Shown here: one piece after another, positions 35,891-44,980 of the stretch
How positions within the stretch are numbered: position 1 is the stretch's first letter
How the letters are laid out: every line of letters begins with the position of its first letter
DNA from: a virus
Lineage: Duplodnaviria; Caudoviricetes
DNA length: 54,287 nt
Virus record (IMG/VR): IMGVR_UViG_3300037313_001338
Location: 1 to 54,287 of that record
Strand: one strand, 5' to 3'
Program-made: the position numbers and the translations under genes
The notes under the pieces: generated by a model
What the model saw: only the letters and a program-made list of their open reading frames with translations
Database searches by the model: none
Told to the model about the DNA's origin: nothing

Positions 35891-36855
35891 GCGGCGTCAT
35901 CCGCCATCAGCGACGGCGCGTTCACGCCCCGCTCAGCCGCACGGAGGTTGTCCACGGCCTGATCGAAGTACGACTTCTTGAGCTCGGCTCCGATCGCGCG
36001 ACGGCCCATCTGGATCGCGCAGTAGAGCTCGGACCCGATGCCGGCGAAGGGTGAGAACACGACGTCGCCTGGATTCGTCCACAGCTGCAGGCATCGCCGG
36101 ATCGGCGTCAGCTGCAGCGGCGAGATGTGGCGCTCGTCCTCTTCGGCGCGGGCTGCGCGATGGGACAGGACATCGGACTGGGCGATATCCATCCACACCG
36201 GCTCGGCGTAGCGCTGCCAGACCTTCACGGAGTAGCTGTCCGCCACATGCCCGCCCGAGCGTTTCGGATCCTCGGCGGGCATGGCCGGGTCCGTGCCGTG
36301 GTAGGCGTCGAAGGACCCGGAGACCGGCTCCGGGTTGTCGCCCGGCTTGCGGATCGTGACCATGTAGTCGGCGACCGCCATGCGGCTGAGCGAGGAGTCC
36401 TTGCAGACTTGCTTGTGCAGCAGGCCAATCGCCTTCGTGCGCTGCATCGCCGAGACCGGATCTTTCCTGATCACGACCTCGGAGTGGTAGACGAGACCCG
36501 CCTCCTGGTGCGCGCGGATGATCTCGCCACGGAAGTCGCGCAGGCCGATCACCCCGTCCCGCACCTTGGACATGGGCAGCTGCATGCAGTGGATGGTCAT
36601 CAGCCGGCCCGGCATGGTGGCGCGGGCCAGTTCGGAGATCAGGAAGCGGTAGTGGCGCCAGAAGGTCTCGTCGTCCGCGCAGTTGGAAAGGTCGCGCGGG
36701 TCGTCGCTGAAGGTGTAGAGCGACTGAAACGGAGGCGAATAGATCGTATAGTGGAGGCTGTCGTTGGGCAGGCCCGAAGCGACCTCGATGCAGTCCCCAT
36801 GCCAGAGCGTCCAACCCTCTCCGCTCACCTGGTCTATCACCGCGGGGGCGCTCAT
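35887..36855 (-). CDS. N6-adenine/N4-cytosine DNA methyltransferase, beta class
   Basis: GDC, SPPF before PFAGIGS, GAELK. Confidence 0.92.
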   Translation of the reverse strand: MSAPAVIDQVSGEGWTLWHGDCIEVASGLPNDSLHYTIYSPPFQSLYTFSDDPRDLSNCADDETFWRHYRFLISELARATMPGRLMTIHCMQLPMSKVRDGVIGLRDFRGEIIRAHQEAGLVYHSEVVIRKDPVSAMQRTKAIGLLHKQVCKDSSLSRMAVADYMVTIRKPGDNPEPVSGSFDAYHGTDPAMPAEDPKRSGGHVADSYSVKVWQRYAEPVWMDIAQSDVLSHRAARAEEDERHISPLQLTPIRRCLQLWTNPGDVVFSPFAGIGSELYCAIQMGRRAIGAELKKSYFDQAVDNLRAAERGVNAPSLMADDAA

Positions 36856-38255
36856 GCCGTCAGCCACGTCGGAAGCTCCATCTTGAGGTTGGCGCGCTGG
36901 TTGGAGGCGGCGACGCGGCCGCCACGGATCTCGGCGCGGTTAAGGTCGAGCATGTGCGCAGCCATGGCGGCGGCCATCGCCTCGAAGTCGCGCTCCTTGC
37001 GCTCCAGGTTCTGGACGACGGCGCCTTCCCGCTCGGAGGCGATGAAGTACGCATCCACGGCCTTGGCCTGGCCGAACCGCCAGAAGCGGCGCAGCGCCTG
37101 ATAGAGCTGCTCGAAGCTGTCGTTCAGGCCAACGAACGTCGTGGAACAGCAGTGCTGCCAGTTCAGGCCCATCGAAGCGATCGAAGGCTTGGTGACGAGG
37201 TCCTGGATTTCGCCGTTGGAGAAGGCGCGCAGCTTGCGGATCTTCTCTTCTCGGGAGTCAGAGCCGCTGAGGTTCACCGCGCTCGGGATGGCCTTGGTGA
37301 TGGCGTCCGCCTCATCGTTGAGGTGACACCAGTGGACCCAGCAACGGTCCCGTCCAGCGCGGGCGATTTCGGCCGCCTGGCCGACACGCTCGCCGATGCT
37401 GTCGCGTTTGGCGGCAAGGCGCTCCTGCAGCGACTGCCCCGCCTCGTGGAAGAAGCCCTGCGCCGGCAGGCTGAAGTCCGGGACCGTGACCTGATGGCGC
37501 CGCAGCGGCGGCAGGTCGTATCCCGGCTCGTCGTAGCCGAGGTCGCGCGGGTGGCGGAAGTTGACCGCCCACGACGCGACCCAGCGCCAGAAGTCCTGTT
37601 CGGCGTGGCGCTTCAGCCGCCAGCCATCGCCGCCGCCCGCCCGGTTCGACCCGTCATGCACGAAGTACATGGCGAGCATCTCCTTGGCGCTCATGACGCC
37701 GAGGAGCTCTGCGTGCTGGCCAAGCTCGGTCCAGTCGTTGGGCGCCGGCGTGGCGGAGGCCGGCAGCACGTAGGGGAGCCCGGCGCAGAACTCCATCAGC
37801 GCCGCGCGGGTCTTTCCGTCCGCGGCCTTCAGGATGCTGCTCTCGTCCAGCACGGCCCCGCCGAACTTCGTCGGATCGAACAGGTGCAGACGGTCGTAGT
37901 TGGTCACCACGATCGGCGAACACGCCGCGTCCTGGTCGGCCGCGTAGGCGACGCCATCGATCCCGAACTTCTCCGCCTCGCTCACGGTCTGCTCGGCGAC
38001 CGCGAGGGGCGTGAAATCGATCACCGGCTTGCGGGTCTCGTGGACGACTTCCTGAGCCCAGGCCAGTTCCTGCAGCGTCTTCCCAAGGCCAGTACCCTCG
38101 AACAGGGCCGCGCGGCCGCGGCGGCAGGCCCAGGACACGACCGCAGCCTGGAACGGCTTGGCGCGCTGCGGATAGCGGTCCGTCGCCGGCTCGAAACCGA
38201 CAGGCGGGGCAAGGCGCTGCTTCTCCGCCAGGAACTCGGCGTACGCTTCGGCCAC
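36852..38255 (-). CDS. SF2 (SNF2-like) helicase
   Basis: TGLGKT, LDESS, SATP, GLNWQ, Q...R..RFGQ. Confidence 0.9.
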   Translation of the reverse strand: MAEAYAEFLAEKQRLAPPVGFEPATDRYPQRAKPFQAAVVSWACRRGRAALFEGTGLGKTLQELAWAQEVVHETRKPVIDFTPLAVAEQTVSEAEKFGIDGVAYAADQDAACSPIVVTNYDRLHLFDPTKFGGAVLDESSILKAADGKTRAALMEFCAGLPYVLPASATPAPNDWTELGQHAELLGVMSAKEMLAMYFVHDGSNRAGGGDGWRLKRHAEQDFWRWVASWAVNFRHPRDLGYDEPGYDLPPLRRHQVTVPDFSLPAQGFFHEAGQSLQERLAAKRDSIGERVGQAAEIARAGRDRCWVHWCHLNDEADAITKAIPSAVNLSGSDSREEKIRKLRAFSNGEIQDLVTKPSIASMGLNWQHCCSTTFVGLNDSFEQLYQALRRFWRFGQAKAVDAYFIASEREGAVVQNLERKERDFEAMAAAMAAHMLDLNRAEIRGGRVAASNQRANLKMELPTWLTA

Positions 38256-38256
38256 G

Positions 38257-39423
38257 TCACGCCACCATCTGCGCCAGGACGGAGAGGTACTGCGGGTCGC
38301 AGGGCGCGCGGACGATGACGCGGATGCTCTTCAAATAGTCCGGGTCGCGGTTCGTCAGGGTGTGGGGGTGGAAGCCCAACTCGACGCGGTCGCCTTGCAG
38401 GCTGGCCAGGGTGTCGCCCAGCTGGCGGGCGCCCACGAGGACCGTGGCTTCCGGCCCTTCGTAGTCGCAGGCCACCTCCTCCGCCCCCTCGCCGGCTTGG
38501 TCGTTGCGCATGGCGAGCGTCACCGCGCCGGGCGTGAAGGTGAGGCGGATGGTATCCGACTTGACGTCCTTCATGATCAGCACGCGGCGGATCGCGGTCT
38601 TCAGCGCGTCCTGGTCGGTGCGGGCCATGAGGTCGGCCTCCTCCGAGAGCATGGCCGGGTAGTTGACGAAGCCGGTGGCGTCGAACAGCCGAGCGGTCAG
38701 CTGCCCTTCCCCGCACTCAAAGCGCAGGGCGTCGTTCGGCCGGCCGGAATCGGGATTGCGGTCCAGCCAGGAGACGCGGACCTCGCCCTCCGCATCGCCC
38801 AGCCACTTGATCAGGTGGCTGACCAGCTTCATGGGAAGCATGGCCTTCAGCCCCTCGGAGCCGGCCGGCGCCGTCTCGCGCCGCAGCGCCACGGCCACGC
38901 CCGCGCAGCCCACGGCGTGCAGCAGGCCGCCCACGTTCGCCAGGTAGAGGTTCTCGATGGCCTTGGCGTTGCTCTCCCGAGAGACCGACCAAGAGACGCG
39001 GGCCATCATGTCCGCCAGCTGCTTGGCCGGCATGCTGAAGGGCTCGCTGAAGTCGGTGTCCTTGCTGCGCGGGAAGTCCTTGGCCGGCAGGCAGGGGAGT
39101 TTGAAGTTGGAGCGGCCCGACTTGACCTTCAGGCGCGGGTCGGCCGCGTCCAGGCTGAGCGCCACCTGGGCGCCGGTGTCGGCATTGCGGACGATGTCGT
39201 GGAGCTTGTCGGCCGGCACGGCGATGGCGCCCTCTCCCGCGACCTGCGCCGGGAAGCGCTCGGTGGCCCACATGTTCAGATCGCTGCCGCAGACCGTCAG
39301 GTGGCCGTCGTCGGCGGTGAGCACGAAGTTGGAGAGGATCTCGATAGTATGGCGCCGTTCCACCACGTCGAAGACGCGGGAGAGGGCCGAGAGCGCGGGG
39401 GCGCGTTCGATGGTGAGGTTCAT
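38257..39423 (-). CDS. dnaN: DNA polymerase III beta sliding clamp homolog
   Basis: VERR.TI.ILSN, SDL, G.IAVPA.KL.DIVR, LPA.DFP; 388 aa. Confidence 0.87.
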   Translation of the reverse strand: MNLTIERAPALSALSRVFDVVERRHTIEILSNFVLTADDGHLTVCGSDLNMWATERFPAQVAGEGAIAVPADKLHDIVRNADTGAQVALSLDAADPRLKVKSGRSNFKLPCLPAKDFPRSKDTDFSEPFSMPAKQLADMMARVSWSVSRESNAKAIENLYLANVGGLLHAVGCAGVAVALRRETAPAGSEGLKAMLPMKLVSHLIKWLGDAEGEVRVSWLDRNPDSGRPNDALRFECGEGQLTARLFDATGFVNYPAMLSEEADLMARTDQDALKTAIRRVLIMKDVKSDTIRLTFTPGAVTLAMRNDQAGEGAEEVACDYEGPEATVLVGARQLGDTLASLQGDRVELGFHPHTLTNRDPDYLKSIRVIVRAPCDPQYLSVLAQMVA

Positions 39424-39671
39424 TCCGCGGCGACCTTGAGTTGGGGCCGGAACTTGGGGCCGTTGGTCGTCGCGACGACGCCCTCCGCCTCGATGTCCAG
39501 CCAGCTGATGGAGGGGTCAGTCGTGCCGTTGCGGGCCAGGAGCCGGACGTATCCGAACCCCACCTGCGCGAAGACATCCTCGCCGCGGCGGTAGACCTTG
39601 GCTTGGCGGTAGACGCCCTTCCTGCCGCGCAGGATCACGGCGGCGTCGTCGACGATGTGAAAGCGCTCCAT
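39420..39671 (-). CDS. Hypothetical protein
   Basis: Coupled ORF. Confidence 0.65.
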   Translation of the reverse strand: MERFHIVDDAAVILRGRKGVYRQAKVYRRGEDVFAQVGFGYVRLLARNGTTDPSISWLDIEAEGVVATTNGPKFRPQLKVAAE

Positions 39672-39886
39672 CAGACGAGCCTTTCTTCAATGGGGGTGAC
39701 GTGTTCGGCGCCGAGCACCTGGGCTCCGGCTTGACAGCGCTCCAACGCGGCTCGACCCCACTTAGCGGCCCACGCGGCGAGCCGCTCGGGGTCTGTTGCG
39801 CGCTCCAGCTCGTGCCGGGCGTCTCGGATGTTCTCGTCGCGCGTAAGATCGAGACGGCTGAGCAGCGCGCTGCCTTCAGAGCGCAT
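39671..39886 (-). CDS. Hypothetical protein
   Basis: Coupled ORF; RBS AGGAG. Confidence 0.55.
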   Translation of the reverse strand: MRSEGSALLSRLDLTRDENIRDARHELERATDPERLAAWAAKWGRAALERCQAGAQVLGAEHVTPIEERLV

Positions 39887-40139
39887 GGCGAAGCTCCTGG
39901 TTGGGGGAGACGGGGTTCATCGGCCAGAGCAGGCCGACATGGGCGATCTGCTGCCGGGTGGGGTTGCCCGGCGCGGTGTAGAGGATGGTGGCGACCCACT
40001 GCTCGGCGCCGCGCTCCACCACGGCCGCGTCGTGCATGGCCGCGCGCTCGGCGATCAGCTGGGCCAGGAGGATTTTCCCGGCGAAGTCGGCGCCGTTGCA
40101 GACAGCTTCCAGGGGGACGGCGAAGGATGCGGCGCTCAT
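39876..40139 (-). CDS. Hypothetical protein
   Basis: ATGA-coupled to the gcrA stop. Confidence 0.55.
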   Translation of the reverse strand: MSAASFAVPLEAVCNGADFAGKILLAQLIAERAAMHDAAVVERGAEQWVATILYTAPGNPTRQQIAHVGLLWPMNPVSPNQELRHAL

Positions 40140-40702
40140 GCGGCCCTCCGCGCACGCTTCGTGGCCAGGGCCTTGCGGGCGCGTTCCGCGAACCGCTCGC
40201 GTTGCGCCGGCGTCCAGTCGATGACTTTGCGGGTCATCAGGTCGGCGTGCTGGGCGCAGTAGCACCAGTCCGGCGTGTCGGGCGCAGGGTTGCAGCAGGA
40301 CCAGATGGACCCGTCCGGCTGCTCGATGGGGAAGGCGCACTCGCCCCGCGCGGCGCGGGTCTCCCAATGGCGTGCGGCCAGGGGGATTGCGGCGGCCGGC
40401 TTGGTGGTCTCGACCGGCTGCGGCGGCTTCGAGCCCGTCCCGCTGAACCAAGCGTGGCCCATGGCCTTCGAGGGCTTCGGGGTCTTTGGGGTCTTTGGGG
40501 TCGCCGCGCGATTGGCCGCGTAGTTGACGTTGCTCGCCACCCGGCTGGCCTCGGGCGAGCGCCTAGGCAAGCCGAGGCGGCGCACCTTGCCGATCACGGC
40601 ATTCCTAGTGACGCCGCCCAGCTGCTTGGCGATCTGGCTGGCGGACAGGCCGTCCTGCCAGAACTTCTTCAGGAGGTCAGTCCTCTCGTCGGTCCAGCCC
40701 AT
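40136..40702 (-). CDS. gcrA: GcrA cell-cycle regulator homolog
   Basis: WTDER...LKK.W.DGLSASQIAKQLGGVTRNAVIGKV.RLGL; C-terminal C..P...C...YC..H. Confidence 0.92.
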   Translation of the reverse strand: MGWTDERTDLLKKFWQDGLSASQIAKQLGGVTRNAVIGKVRRLGLPRRSPEASRVASNVNYAANRAATPKTPKTPKPSKAMGHAWFSGTGSKPPQPVETTKPAAAIPLAARHWETRAARGECAFPIEQPDGSIWSCCNPAPDTPDWCYCAQHADLMTRKVIDWTPAQRERFAERARKALATKRARRAA

Positions 40703-41097
40703 CAGAAGCCGCCCCGGATCGGCAACACCGGGAAACCCATGCCGCGGTTGGCGCGCCGGATGGCGCGGATGTGGCGGAAGTCCTCGTCCGGCAATTCGAC
40801 GACCGGGCGCGGCGGTTGCGGGCCTAGGTCGGTGTGGGCTGGGGCGGCCGGTGCTGCGGGAGCGGGTTCCGGTTCGCTCTCGGGAGTGCTGGCGCAGGCC
40901 GAGGCTTCAGCGACCGGTTCTTCGACCGGGCGGACAGCCTGGCGGCCAGAGGGCCGGAACTCCACGCCCGCCGCCTCCAGTTCCACGCGCACGATCCACG
41001 CCGTAAAGCCGTACCGGTCGGCGATCTGGCGAACCGTGAGGCCGCTCACCGCATAGAGCGTCACCATGTCGTCGCGAACCGAGGCGGGCGAGCGCAT
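40702..41097 (-). CDS. HTH domain protein
   Basis: GLTVRQIADRYG....V...L...GV..R. Confidence 0.65.
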   Translation of the reverse strand: MRSPASVRDDMVTLYAVSGLTVRQIADRYGFTAWIVRVELEAAGVEFRPSGRQAVRPVEEPVAEASACASTPESEPEPAPAAPAAPAHTDLGPQPPRPVVELPDEDFRHIRAIRRANRGMGFPVLPIRGGF

Positions 41098-41417
41098 CAG
41101 ACCGCCCTCCAGACGATGGCCATGCGTCCGCCGCTGGCCTGGCGGCGCTGGCCGGTGTCGATGACGAGGTTCTTCTTCACGAGCTCGCTGCAACGCGGCC
41201 GCACGTTCATCAAGGGGATGCCCGTGCGGCGCGCGATTTCCTCCGGCGTGCCCGGCCGCGCCTTGATGGCGTCATAGACCTGCTCCCGCAGCGTCTTGGC
41301 CTGGGGCGCGATGCCGTCGGCGGCGGCCTTGGAGGTGTCGCGGCGCTTGTGGCCGGGACGCTCCGGATAGCGGGCCGGCGCTGGCTCCAGCTCGTCGGCG
41401 AAGAAGGGGCCGCCCAC
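41097..41417 (-). CDS. Winged-helix protein
   Basis: TPEEIARRTG....VRPRCSEL....LV.DTG.RR. Confidence 0.75.
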   Translation of the reverse strand: MGGPFFADELEPAPARYPERPGHKRRDTSKAAADGIAPQAKTLREQVYDAIKARPGTPEEIARRTGIPLMNVRPRCSELVKKNLVIDTGQRRQASGGRMAIVWRAV

Positions 41418-41420
41418 GGC

Positions 41421-41711
41421 TCAGATCTCACCGATCGCGGAGAGATATAGATCGAGGATCGCCTCTTGCTCCTGCCGCTTGGCCCGGTCCTGCTTGCGGA
41501 TGGCGATGACCTTGCGGATGATGGCCGGGTCGAAGCCAGAGCCTTTGGCCTCCGAGAGAACCTCCTTCACCTGCTCGGCGATTTCGGCCTTCTCGACATT
41601 CAAGCGCTCCACGCGCTCGATGATGCTCTTCAGCTGGCCCTGCGCGGTCGCGTTCAGGACGTCGGGATGAGCGCTGTTGTCGCCGATGCCGGCACCAGGT
41701 CCGCCGCTCAC
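41421..41711 (-). CDS. gapR: GapR/DUF2312 nucleoid-associated protein homolog
   Basis: QLKSIIERVERL..EK...EAK..GFD....RKVI..RK.D...QEQEAILDLY. Confidence 0.92.
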   Translation of the reverse strand: MSGGPGAGIGDNSAHPDVLNATAQGQLKSIIERVERLNVEKAEIAEQVKEVLSEAKGSGFDPAIIRKVIAIRKQDRAKRQEQEAILDLYLSAIGEI

Positions 41712-41938
41712 AGCTGAGCCCCTTCCGGCAGGAGGTCAGCGCCCATCAGCGCGGCCAGGGTCTTCTGGGTGGCCTGGATCTTCTTGACCTGGGCCGGCGT
41801 CAGGGCGAGCGCCTTCATCTCGGCGGCGATTTCCGCACCCTCGGCCTCGTGGGCGCCGATGCGGTTGATCAGGTGTTGGACCCGCGTCGCTCGCGGCAGT
41901 GCCGAGCCACCATCCGGGCGTGTTTCATCGTTGAGCAT
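41708..41938 (-). CDS. Hypothetical protein
   Basis: RBS GGAGG; coupled stop. Confidence 0.6.
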   Translation of the reverse strand: MLNDETRPDGGSALPRATRVQHLINRIGAHEAEGAEIAAEMKALALTPAQVKKIQATQKTLAALMGADLLPEGAQL

Positions 41939-42057
41939 CGCTGCCCTCCCCGTTCAGACCCCGCGGCCGTTCAGGGCGGCCGCATTCCCTTGTTCTCGAT
42001 GCCGGCGCGCGCTCTCCAACGTGGGCGCGGCGTCCGGTTAGTCAGTCCTCGTCGCCG

Positions 42058-42522
42058 TCAGGCCCGTACAGGCGGCGGCTGATCGAAAGCTCGGCTCTCG
42101 ACGCGCGCTGGAACGCTGCGTAGAGCCGCTTGGCCCTCCACGTGCTCCAGGCCAGCGCGGCGCGCAGCGCGAGACGCCCGATCCCGTTCAAGCCGGGCTT
42201 GGATGGCGGCGGCCTCGGCAAGCCGCTGCTCAACTTCTCTCTCCCTCGCGGTGAGCGGGTCGGCGCCGACAACCGGCGTGGCGACATGCTCGATGAAGTC
42301 CCAACCGAACGCGGCCTCCAGATCATCGTTCAGTCGGGGGCCGCAGCTCCGTTCATTCAGAAGCCGGCGAATGTCGCGCTTGTCCGCCTTCACTCGGAAG
42401 GCGATCTCCGCGACTGAGAGGCCGCGCGCGTCCATGTAGGTTTCCAGCCAGCGGGCGATCCGTTCGCCGCGCTGGGGAAACCTGTCACTTTTGTCCGTGA
42501 TCCCCACAAGCTGAGCCTTCAT
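42058..42522 (-). CDS. cII-like HTH regulator
   Basis: LSVAEIAFRVKADKRDIRRLL HTH then coiled coil; downstream of cro. Confidence 0.6.
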   Translation of the reverse strand: MKAQLVGITDKSDRFPQRGERIARWLETYMDARGLSVAEIAFRVKADKRDIRRLLNERSCGPRLNDDLEAAFGWDFIEHVATPVVGADPLTAREREVEQRLAEAAAIQARLERDRASRAARRAGLEHVEGQAALRSVPARVESRAFDQPPPVRA

Positions 42523-42560
42523 GTTGCGCCTCGTTGAGTGAGGCGCACGGAGGCGCAGCG

Positions 42561-42821
42561 GTGCAGGAGGTGACAGCTATCGACTTGGATGAGATCGACG
42601 ACCTTGTTTGCAGGATGATCGGGCACGCGCACCTGGCGCGGGCCTACGGGGACGCGTTGGCGCGCGACCCGGGACTGTCCGGCGGCTTCGGCAAGCTGCG
42701 GGACAAGCATTGCTCGGCGCTGGCGGCGCTGAGCAGCGAGATTGGACGGGCGGCGACGGCTATGGCGTCCGTCGCCGCCCCATTCGCCGTCGCCGAGGGC
42801 TCGGGGGCGCAGCGAAACTGA
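42561..42821 (+). CDS. Hypothetical protein
   Basis: GGAGG before GTG 42561; helical composition. Confidence 0.45.
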   Translation: MQEVTAIDLDEIDDLVCRMIGHAHLARAYGDALARDPGLSGGFGKLRDKHCSALAALSSEIGRAATAMASVAAPFAVAEGSGAQRN

Positions 42822-43029
42822 GCGGGGGCGGCGGTCGTCCCAAGAACGCAGAGACGACCGCCTTACGCGCCGCTGGGGGGGTGCTAGGGGGGCGTGCAGA
42901 CCCGAGCGGGCGCAATTGAAACCTGACGTCGCGGCCTCGCCGCGTTCGAAGAACGGCGGCTCCCCATGATGGGTAGGTCCGCCATACCAATTCATCGACA
43001 GAAATTCGCCCGCGGGGCAGGAGGCTTCC

Positions 43030-43329
43030 ATGAGTTCAAGACCCACAGGCGGCCAGCCGCCGGAACGCTCCGTGGACCTGGCCATCGGGCTGGTCTTCAT
43101 CACGTGGATGTATCTCGCGCGACGGCGGGGCAGCGCCGTGGACGAGCTGCGGACGCTGCTAAACGACGGGGAAATCGAGGAAAAGGTCGTTCGGCTGCGC
43201 GGCAAGCGCACGCCGGAGGAATGGCGCGCGATGATGGCGGCCACGCGACAGATCGGCACGCCCGCCCTCGACATGATCGAGGAAATGTTGGCCGTTTCGC
43301 CGCCGAAAAAGCCGCGCAAGAAGCGCTGA
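43030..43329 (+). CDS. Hypothetical protein
   Basis: Strong RBS AGGAGG; protein-like composition. Confidence 0.6.
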   Translation: MSSRPTGGQPPERSVDLAIGLVFITWMYLARRRGSAVDELRTLLNDGEIEEKVVRLRGKRTPEEWRAMMAATRQIGTPALDMIEEMLAVSPPKKPRKKR

Positions 43330-43422
43330 TCGTGGCCAAGGTTGCGGCGCCGCGCCGCATGGAAATAACGCGCATTAACACCCCCATTGCAACGCGAGGG
43401 CGTATTCCTGGGGGTGTAATCC

Positions 43423-43638
43423 ATGCTTGCGGTCGAACACGACGCGGCGCTTCTGGCGCTGGCGGCGCTGTCCCATGTGGGGCGCGTCGACAAGAAGGCC
43501 AGCCGGGCCTGTCGGCGGCTCCGGCGCGCGGCCGTGAAGTCGCTGCAGGGCGGCGGCGGACTGCGGTCGCTTAATGCGTCGGCCGTGCGCTGCATTGAGC
43601 GCGCATGCGGGGCGTGTGGGGGGTGCAAGGGCATCTAG
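43423..43638 (+). CDS. Possible small basic Cys-containing protein
   Basis: ORF track; converges on the cro stop. Confidence 0.3.
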   Translation: MLAVEHDAALLALAALSHVGRVDKKASRACRRLRRAAVKSLQGGGGLRSLNASAVRCIERACGACGGCKGI

Positions 43639-43853
43639 GCCGCCCCCTGGAAGCGCTCCAGGACGTCGATCTCGGCGTCCGTCGCTTCCATGATCGGCCC
43701 GAACTTCTTGCCCGTGGCCCGATAGATGCGGATCGCCATGGACTGCGTCGGGGTGCGCACACCCTTAAGGATTTGGCTCGCGTACGGGACGCTGATGTCG
43801 ACGGCGCGGCTCAACGCCGTCGGGGTCAGCTCACTGTGCGGGGCGACTTCCAT
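43635..43853 (-). CDS. cro: Cro-like HTH regulator
   Basis: LSRAVDISVPYASQILKG.R.P HTH; divergent from the repressor. Confidence 0.8.
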   Translation of the reverse strand: MEVAPHSELTPTALSRAVDISVPYASQILKGVRTPTQSMAIRIYRATGKKFGPIMEATDAEIDVLERFQGAA

Positions 43854-43862
43854 AAGGGAGAA

Positions 43863-43948
43863 GTTTGCATATGGCTAACTTCCGCGCAAGCCCAAAAGTT
43901 AGCTGGCAGTTTCACGACGAGGGCGCGGCGTGTTGGCACACTGCAAAC
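43863..43948. promoter_or_regulatory. OR-like region: three GTTNGC-N5-GCWAAC operators and divergent promoters
   Basis: Sites at 43863, 43898 (degenerate) and 43932. Confidence 0.8.
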
Positions 43949-44266
43949 ATGCTCCAGCGCGGAAAGACCAAGTGGTATCTGAGGGAGTGGCGGAAGCACC
44001 GCGGCTACACCCAGGATCGCCTGGCTGAGATGGTCGGGCTGTCCAAACCCTACATCAGTCAACTCGAGCGCGGCGAACGGCAATACACCCAGGACCTTCT
44101 GGAAGCCTTCGCCCTCGCGCTAGGCTGTGATGTGCCAGACCTGATCTCCCGAGACCCCAGCGACCCCGAGGGGCTATGGTCAATCTATGAGCAGCTGAGG
44201 CCAGTAGAGCGCCGGCAGGTCGTCGAAATCGCCAAGACCTTACATCGGACAGGGACCGATGACTGA
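43949..44266 (+). CDS. CI-like XRE repressor without a peptidase domain
   Basis: LREWRKHRGYTQDRLAEMVGLSKPYISQLERG; 105 aa. Confidence 0.88.
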   Translation: MLQRGKTKWYLREWRKHRGYTQDRLAEMVGLSKPYISQLERGERQYTQDLLEAFALALGCDVPDLISRDPSDPEGLWSIYEQLRPVERRQVVEIAKTLHRTGTDD

Positions 44267-44280
44267 CGCGCGCTGACCTC

Positions 44281-44520
44281 CTAAGGCGCGTCACACATGG
44301 GAACCTCCCCTTCTCTTGCGATGAGCTGGGGCTTCCCCCACAAATCCTGCACGGGCCATCCGGTGACCCTGTAGACGGCTACGCCCGCGACCCGGCGACG
44401 CATGCCGCGGGCCCGCCGAAGCGCCGATTCCGGATGATGGAACCGCTCCGCCTCGCCCGGTTCCAGGCGACCAGATCGACGCACATAGGGCTGCACGCAG
44501 AAGCGCGTGACCTTCAACAT
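44281..44520 (-). CDS. Small hypothetical protein in the immunity region
   Basis: ORF track; RBS-like GGTG. Confidence 0.65.
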   Translation of the reverse strand: MLKVTRFCVQPYVRRSGRLEPGEAERFHHPESALRRARGMRRRVAGVAVYRVTGWPVQDLWGKPQLIAREGEVPMCDAP

Positions 44521-44604
44521 CTATTCACCCCACCTTTTTCGCGATGTTGCGCGACCTGCGGGCGAGCGCCACCAAGCGGGGGTTGTATGCGTCCGAGTTT
44601 GACG

Positions 44605-44691
44605 TAGGGCATTCAGCAAACGCCAATTTCCGGCGGTTAGCGGGCAGCTAACTTTTTGCTTGCGTCGGAAGTTTGCATATGGCTAACTTCC
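44605..44691. promoter_or_regulatory. OL-like operators and rightward early promoter
   Basis: Sites at 44636 and 44671, a weak one at 44605; 44669-44691 is identical to 43861-43883; -35 TTGCGT at 44660. Confidence 0.8.
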
Positions 44692-44710
44692 TCCATCAAC
44701 GGAGGACGCC

Positions 44711-44980
44711 ATGGCTGACCCGCTCGACAACACCGCCCGCATGCAGGCCGCCGTCACCCGGTGGATCGCAGAGGCGCAGGGCCGTTCGGACGGCGCGCGC
44801 CTGCTGGCCTCCAAGGCCACCTGGATGGGCCATCAGATCCGGATGCTGGGCGACCCCCGCATCCGCACGCCGCAGAACATGGAGGGCGTGGAAGCCGCCG
44901 ACGCGCTCGACGCCCAGGCCCGGATCGTGGCCGCCGCCCGCGCCCTGAAGAAGGCGCAGGCCATGAAGGTGGCGGCGTGA
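44711..44980 (+). CDS. Hypothetical protein, first early gene
   Basis: RBS GGAGG. Confidence 0.7.
   Translation: MADPLDNTARMQAAVTRWIAEAQGRSDGARLLASKATWMGHQIRMLGDPRIRTPQNMEGVEAADALDAQARIVAAARALKKAQAMKVAA

Noticed and set aside
40479-40502. GGGGTCTTT tandem repeat in gcrA
   Set aside because: In-frame 9 bp repeat in a low-complexity linker (PKT); no sign of phase variation
43375-43420. CtrA binding site
   Set aside because: Only a TTAA half-site; no TTAA-N7-TTAA
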